From Nemertoderma westbladi (lineage: Eukaryota > Animalia > Xenacoelomorpha), in contig JAUCBJ010007563.1 of assembly GCA_032718475.1 (NCBI GenBank), positions 1 to 41,775 of the forward strand: 41,775 nt of DNA, written 5' to 3'. Made by a program: the position numbers and the translations under genes. Shown in pieces: positions 36,549 to 41,775 of the stretch (its first letter is position 1; each line of letters starts with the position of its first letter). The notes under the pieces were generated by a model. The model was not told the DNA's origin and did not search any database. It saw only the letters and a list, made by a program, of their open reading frames with translations.

Positions 36549-38120
36549 TTATACCCTCGGTATGGTATAATCTTGTAGGAACGTCAGTTGGGCTTCCCAG
36601 TCCCTCCATCGCTCAGCTAACTTTTCTGGGATGGGATCGTCCCATTCCAGTCCGGCTTGCCAAATGCTGCGGAGTATGATCCTGGCATGTAGGATCACTG
36701 GACTAATGAAACACAATGGGTCATACAATCGACTCATGGTCGATAAGCAAGTCCTCTTAGTGAGAGGTCTAGTCTGGTCGTTGGACCTTACACGTACCCT
36801 AAAATTGTCGGTGTTAGGGTCCCAACTAAGTCCTAATACTTTGGTCGTCGGCAGAGGTTCTAGGTCTAAGTCCAAGTCACCTCCACTGCGATCCATCGGG
36901 TCAAATGAGTTCACCAGTTCGGGTTCGTTGGAAGCGAACTTCGTCAGGTGAAATCCGCCCTCAGCGAGACAATCCTGGAGTTGGTGTGCTACGGTAGTAG
37001 CGCGCTCCAAGGTGTCACAACTCTTGAGGCCGTCATCCACGTAGAAATCTCGTTCCACAGTCCGAACTACTTCTGGGTCAAATTGGTCTCGTCTGTCCAA
37101 TGCTGTCTGCTTTAAGGCGTACATGGTGCAGTTGGGGCTGTCCCTGGCTCCGAAAACTCTTACCTGCATTTGGTAAGTTTCTGGCGGAAGTTGTAAGTTT
37201 CCGTCCGGATACCAAAGAAACCTCAAGCTGTCCCTGTCCCGCTCCAAAGCCTTAACCTGGTGAAACATGGCCTCTACGTCACAGGTGAAAGCCACTTTGC
37301 ATTGTCTAAAACGCATTAGGACTCCCATGAGGTAATTATTCATATTCGGCCCGTCCATCAGTTCGCTGTTCATAGACATCCCTTGGTAAAGCGCAGCGCA
37401 GTCGTTGACTACACGCACCTTGCCAGGTTTGTTCGGGTGTCGAACAAAATGATGTGGCAGGTAATATGTCTGGTCTGTGGTTACCTCGGGATTTAACATC
37501 CTAATGGCGTATCCCTTTTGGAGATACGTCTGAAGTTGTGCATTGTATTGCATATGGGCCATCTCGTCTCGCAACAATCGCTGCCTTATTGATTTGAGTC
37601 GCCTCAAAGCAAGCGGGTAATTGTTAACGAGCTTTGGTTGTCCATTGCGCCACAACATACCAACCTCATAGTGGCCATTCGCGGTCTGGCGAATGGTATC
37701 TCTCATAATATTTAATGACCGTTTTTCCTGTTCTGACATAGCGGTCTCGTAACTACCGGGTTCTGCTGAGTCCTGTTCCAACCATTGTATGGTCCGTTCA
37801 GTCAGCAGTCGGTCAAGCGCTGCTTGCACTGCGCCATGGTCCTCGTACACGTCTTCGTCCGCTGCGGTGGCTAGTGTCAAGGTGTCTGGTAGGCTCGCAA
37901 GCCTTCCGGTGTCACTAGTCGGCGTCGAATCGTCGTGCGGCGGTTTGACAACTTCTTGATCTATCGGTAGGCTCGCAAGCCTTCCAAGATCAACGACCGG
38001 TGTCGAGGCCTGGTGGGTGGGGTCAATGACCTTCGGATTTTTCGGTAGGCTCGCAAGCCTTCCAAAATCCTCGTTCATCGAGTCATCCACGGCAACAACC
38101 CTTTGGTCTTCGGTAGTCAA
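36549..38120 (-). pseudogene. pol: BEL reverse transcriptase region
   Basis: YYLPHH.V..P.K..KVRVV.D, GP, L.RFR, DVEAMFHQV, LRFLW, FG..SP, FYVDD, TKR..LS..YDPL. Confidence 0.95.
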
Positions 38121-38225
38121 TACAACCTGGTCTACTGCAAGTAGTTGTAAGTCAGAGGTCCGTATGGTCGTGTCCAGATCGGTTACGTCAGTATCGGTGG
38201 CGTCTGCGTTAGTGACGCAAGTCTG

Positions 38226-39056
38226 TCATAGTGCCGTCCGTACAATTGGACCACAGGAGTGTGAAGGAGAATTATCTATCGTGTTAGTCAATAAACTACA
38301 CGTACTCAAAACGTCGTCCTCCTGGTCACTTACCTCTAGTGAACGTATTGGTGCTCTAGTATACCAACCTATGGGAGTTCTACATGCGTAGGGGTTGCCC
38401 GCTGTAATAACAGATGGGCGTGTCTCCCATACCTGATGTAAGTTAAACTGGTCTGTCCCAATTAACATCGCAATAGAACGATAATTAACAGGACATTCCG
38501 GTATTCCAAGGTGTCGGAAATACTTACGATCTTCCGTTGATTGTCGCAGTGTCCGAGTGGATACGGCGCCTGAACTGCTTACACAACAGTGTTTGGTGGT
38601 GCAGGTTCGAATCCGACTAAAGACTGTAGAAATTTCGCACTGTTGTGTCCCTAGGCAAGACACTTTAGACATTAGTGCCTACGTCAACCCAGCGGTATAA
38701 TGGGAACCTGGCTTTGCTGGGGTAATGATAATAAAAGCGCTTTGAGTATGCTGAGCGTAGAAAAGCGCTATATAAATAACCAATATTATTATTATTATTA
38801 TTATTATTATTATGATTGCTCTGGCACAGGGCCGAGCAAGTTACTAAAGTCCTTCGTAGCTGCAAAGGTCAAATTTCTTACCGGAAGTAATGAGCGCTCC
38901 TCCTTGCTGTGTTCCGCTTTGGAAAGAAGAGTGTCTAAAGTTAATTTTACTCTTGTCACAGGGATCGCTCTCTTACCATGCATGCTGCTTACAGTATACT
39001 GAGCAGTCTTACCTTGACTCATGTCCGTAACTACGTCGGCTACTTGTTCGTCGACA
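38226..39056 (-). pseudogene. Disrupted BEL protease region
   Basis: MLIGTD...PYACRTPIGW is the typical end of the BEL protease region. Interrupted by the insertion at 38671-38813. Confidence 0.65.
38671..38813 (+). mobile_element. 5'-truncated L2-type LINE/SINE 3' tail
   Basis: AAAGCGCTTTGAG...GAAAAGCGCTATATAAAT...(ATT)n is the conserved L2 3' stem-loop and microsatellite tail. Confidence 0.8.
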
Positions 39057-40814
39057 TCACAGGTTTAACGTGTTCGACGTCACAGGATTAACTTGCAATG
39101 GTTTACTCACCTGTTTCACTGTCATAAACGCAGGTTCGTCTCTCTCCACAAGTAAACTACAACTTACTGTAGGTGGACTAGTTATGTTACCTGCTAAAAT
39201 TGGCGATGAAGTCGCCCTAGGTTGCGGTATTTCCGTCACAACAAACCTGCTACCTTGCGTCGGGCGCACAGGCGTTATTTCCTTAGGTTTCGTAACAAAG
39301 ACCGGTTTTATCGGAGTCGTGGGTTTGAGCATAGGAATAACTTGGGGAAAACGTTTACAGTAATCCTCGACGAACTCCTCTCCTCGATCTATCGCTCCCA
39401 CACTTCCTTCCTCGATTCGCTTCTGGATTCCGCGATATCGAGTCTCCATGCGATCCGGGGCAGACAAGTCGTGTCCAGTTCGAGACCTTATAGATCTATC
39501 TCTCGCGTCGAGTTCGAGGTCCGCTTGCGCGTTCGTTGCCTCGCGCGATCTACGATTCAGTTCGAACTGGAGCTGCATCTCTCTTTCGCGTCGATCTGCT
39601 TCCTGTTGTTGTGCCGCTAACTCCGCTTCCTGTATCGCTAAACGAGCGTTTATTTGTCGCGCCTCCAACTTGGCACGAGCGTCGGATGCTGCTTTTTTCC
39701 GTGCTAACTCAGCTGCGTTTACCGCCGCAACTCGTGCTAACTCGTCGGCTGCCGCCGCTGCCTGTCGTGCTAGCTCGTCAGCTGCTGCCACCGCGGCCGC
39801 TTCTCGCGCTAAGTCCTCCTCCAGTCTCCGCATCTCTGATGCTTCGAACTCAGCCTGTGCTTGAAGTTTCGCAAGTTTCGCTACATCCTCTCTGCGCTGT
39901 TTTTCTCCTTCGATGGCGATCTGTGCCATCTGTAGTTGCGCTTCTTCCTCGGCGACTTGTTGTCGGCGTGCGACCTCCTGTTGTTGTCGAATAATTACAG
40001 ACGCTGTTCTACTAACGTCGCCAACGTCGCTCCGTACACTAATGAACGATCTATCCAGTGGTGGAATTTGGTAGGCTCGCGAGCCTTCCGTAGATAGAAC
40101 TTCCGTCGTCTCTCTCGGTACAACTTCCGGTTCTTCGATCGGTACTCCGCATCTATGAAGAAAATTGGTGAGCGTCTCCAACCTCCCGTCCAGGCAGTAG
40201 AGTTCTTCTTCCTCTTCGGGTTGTAACAACGCGTCCGAAACTGACTCACCTAGCAGTTGGTCGAACTGCTCCTGTTGAGCCAATCTTATCACCGACTTAA
40301 ACTGGATAAGGCTTTCTCTCGCACTTACTAATTTATCTATTATCTTTACCTGAGTAAAGTTGTCGCCACGCAACTCTGCAAGTTCGTGTAAACCTTTAAG
40401 TTTATCTACGGAAGCATGTACCCTACTTTCTATCCTTACCTGTAAGGTGTAGAACTCGTATCTCGACATCGGGGCGGTTAACTCGCGTAAAACGCGAAAA
40501 CCTTCTCCGAAGTTTCGAGTAATCTGGGCCATGTGTCCTCCTATACTCCTAATAACGTTCTCCTGGCTTCCAGTCAAACTTACCATGTCCGGTTCCCGCG
40601 ATCTAGTCTGCGGGACGGTAAGGAAATCTTCGATTCTGCCGTCGCCACGCGTTGCGGCTTCCGGTATTTCCGTTCGGGGTACCGGCGACGCAAGCGGTGT
40701 GACATCTGTGGAATCTCGGGTTCTCCTTCTCGGTTCGTCTACTGTCGATCTGTCCGGGTCGCACGAGTCATAGTCGGTAGATGGGTATCTCGTCGAATGG
40801 GGTGTGTCACTCAT
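39057..40814 (-). CDS. gag: Gag N-terminal/coiled-coil ORF (585 aa) of the BEL element; capsid and zinc knuckles not seen
   Basis: Long ATG-started ORF upstream of pol with an E/A/R-rich coiled coil. Confidence 0.75.
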   Translation of the reverse strand: MSDTPHSTRYPSTDYDSCDPDRSTVDEPRRRTRDSTDVTPLASPVPRTEIPEAATRGDGRIEDFLTVPQTRSREPDMVSLTGSQENVIRSIGGHMAQITRNFGEGFRVLRELTAPMSRYEFYTLQVRIESRVHASVDKLKGLHELAELRGDNFTQVKIIDKLVSARESLIQFKSVIRLAQQEQFDQLLGESVSDALLQPEEEEELYCLDGRLETLTNFLHRCGVPIEEPEVVPRETTEVLSTEGSRAYQIPPLDRSFISVRSDVGDVSRTASVIIRQQQEVARRQQVAEEEAQLQMAQIAIEGEKQRREDVAKLAKLQAQAEFEASEMRRLEEDLAREAAAVAAADELARQAAAAADELARVAAVNAAELARKKAASDARAKLEARQINARLAIQEAELAAQQQEADRREREMQLQFELNRRSREATNAQADLELDARDRSIRSRTGHDLSAPDRMETRYRGIQKRIEEGSVGAIDRGEEFVEDYCKRFPQVIPMLKPTTPIKPVFVTKPKEITPVRPTQGSRFVVTEIPQPRATSSPILAGNITSPPTVSCSLLVERDEPAFMTVKQVSKPLQVNPVTSNTLNL

Positions 40815-40844
40815 GTCTTATTATATACGTCAAGTACGGGTAAT

Positions 40845-41035
40845 AAAATGTCAAAGTGTCTGAATGTTGAAGTGTCGAACTTACCTTGGTATATATAGTA
40901 TCTATATACCCTAACCGGTACAAATAAATCAACAAGTCAGAATGTCGAAATGTCAAAATGTCGAAATGTACAAATGTCAAACTTACCTTGATATATATAT
41001 TTATCATATATATACCCTAACCGGTACGAATAAAA
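40845..41035. repeat. ~105-bp tandem duplication in the 5' leader, each copy carrying a consensus splice donor
   Basis: acttaccttg...tataccctaaccggtac.aataaa occurs twice. Minus-strand AAG|GTAAGT at 40879-40887 and 40981-40989. Confidence 0.75.
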
Positions 41036-41775
41036 CTAACAAGGTATATAATAAAATAAGTAGTAATCTAGCCTACCGGCTAAATTTGTACGAATAAATG
41101 AGATAACGGTATACGTTACCAAAATGTAGATCAACAAGTACAAATAATAGGCTAAACAGCAACGTCTAACGGGAAAATACGTACCAACAACACTACTAAT
41201 AGACAGTGAAACCCACAAATTTTGAGTACTACTGTGCTTTCTTAAGTTTAAACGACGCGAGTCGTAAAACTTACGTTCCTTTGATCTTCCAGTCGTACAA
41301 ATTCCCAAATACAAACCGGACGTGGGTCTTTCCGTTTTTCGGCGGCGCGGACGAATTTATTGTCTCCCAAACTTTGCGAAAAGCGGTCTAATCCTCGAAG
41401 CGGTCCAGAAATGAGTCCTTGAGTCCTGAAAAGGTCGAAGGTGAGAGTTTTACTTCTACGCTTACGAAAAATCTTCCTAGGTACCGATACAAATTGGTCT
41501 TTAAACCCTATGTACCTTTTCAAGTACCGAAAGTAACACCGCACACACACGGCGTAAAACAAAGTGCTACAAACTAACTGTTAGCTAGTCAAATATTAAA
41601 TACGAAAGTACTAGCTACCCTAAAAGCCTACTGAAGCAGGGGACGTTCTAAATTACTAAATTTACTAACCTTAATTTTAAATATCTCCTACTTTCAATAG
41701 CTAACAATATTTATCTATATCTCACTTTAAATGCGCACGCACTTTCAGTTAAGATATTTAATAAATACTTCCTAC

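Larger units (their letters stand above)
31278..41775 (-). mobile_element. BEL/Pao LTR retrotransposon, decayed; 5' LTR not in window
   Basis: Gag-PR-RT-RH-IN order with BEL-specific motifs (see the component features). Confidence 0.92.

Noticed and set aside
37888-38063. CRISPR array
   Set aside because: Only three 20-bp repeats, spacers homologous to each other, in frame within pol, no cas genes, eukaryotic context.
34349-40898. Plus-strand ORFs overlapping gag/pol
   Set aside because: Antisense shadows of the coding strand with no independent motifs.

Overview
This is eukaryotic, probably invertebrate, repeat-dense DNA with no recognisable host gene. It is almost entirely a nest of transposable elements. 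The right third (about 31.3-41.8 kb, minus strand) is a decayed BEL/Pao LTR retrotransposon with gag, protease, RT, RNase H and integrase. It is followed by an unusual ~2.1-kb 3'/LTR region containing a splice acceptor, an orphan ORF, an inverted-repeat-bounded CCAAT/TATA promoter module and a tRNA-derived Pol III-type unit. A diverged, pol-less relative lies at about 12.3-18.9 kb. It has a short Gag-like ORF1, the full ~305-codon orphan ORF2 and the same promoter/tRNA module, and it is interrupted by an RTEX-like LINE that itself carries a piggyBac-type MITE. Both elements share a 20-nt hairpin that occurs 8 times in one orientation, in coding and non-coding sequence. The remainder consists of RTE LINEs (two families sharing a covarying 5' pseudoknot), CRE-clade and L2/Crack fragments, an Academ-like Cys8 fragment, several MITEs and tandem repeats. 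All calls were made by eye from the sequence; no searches were run.
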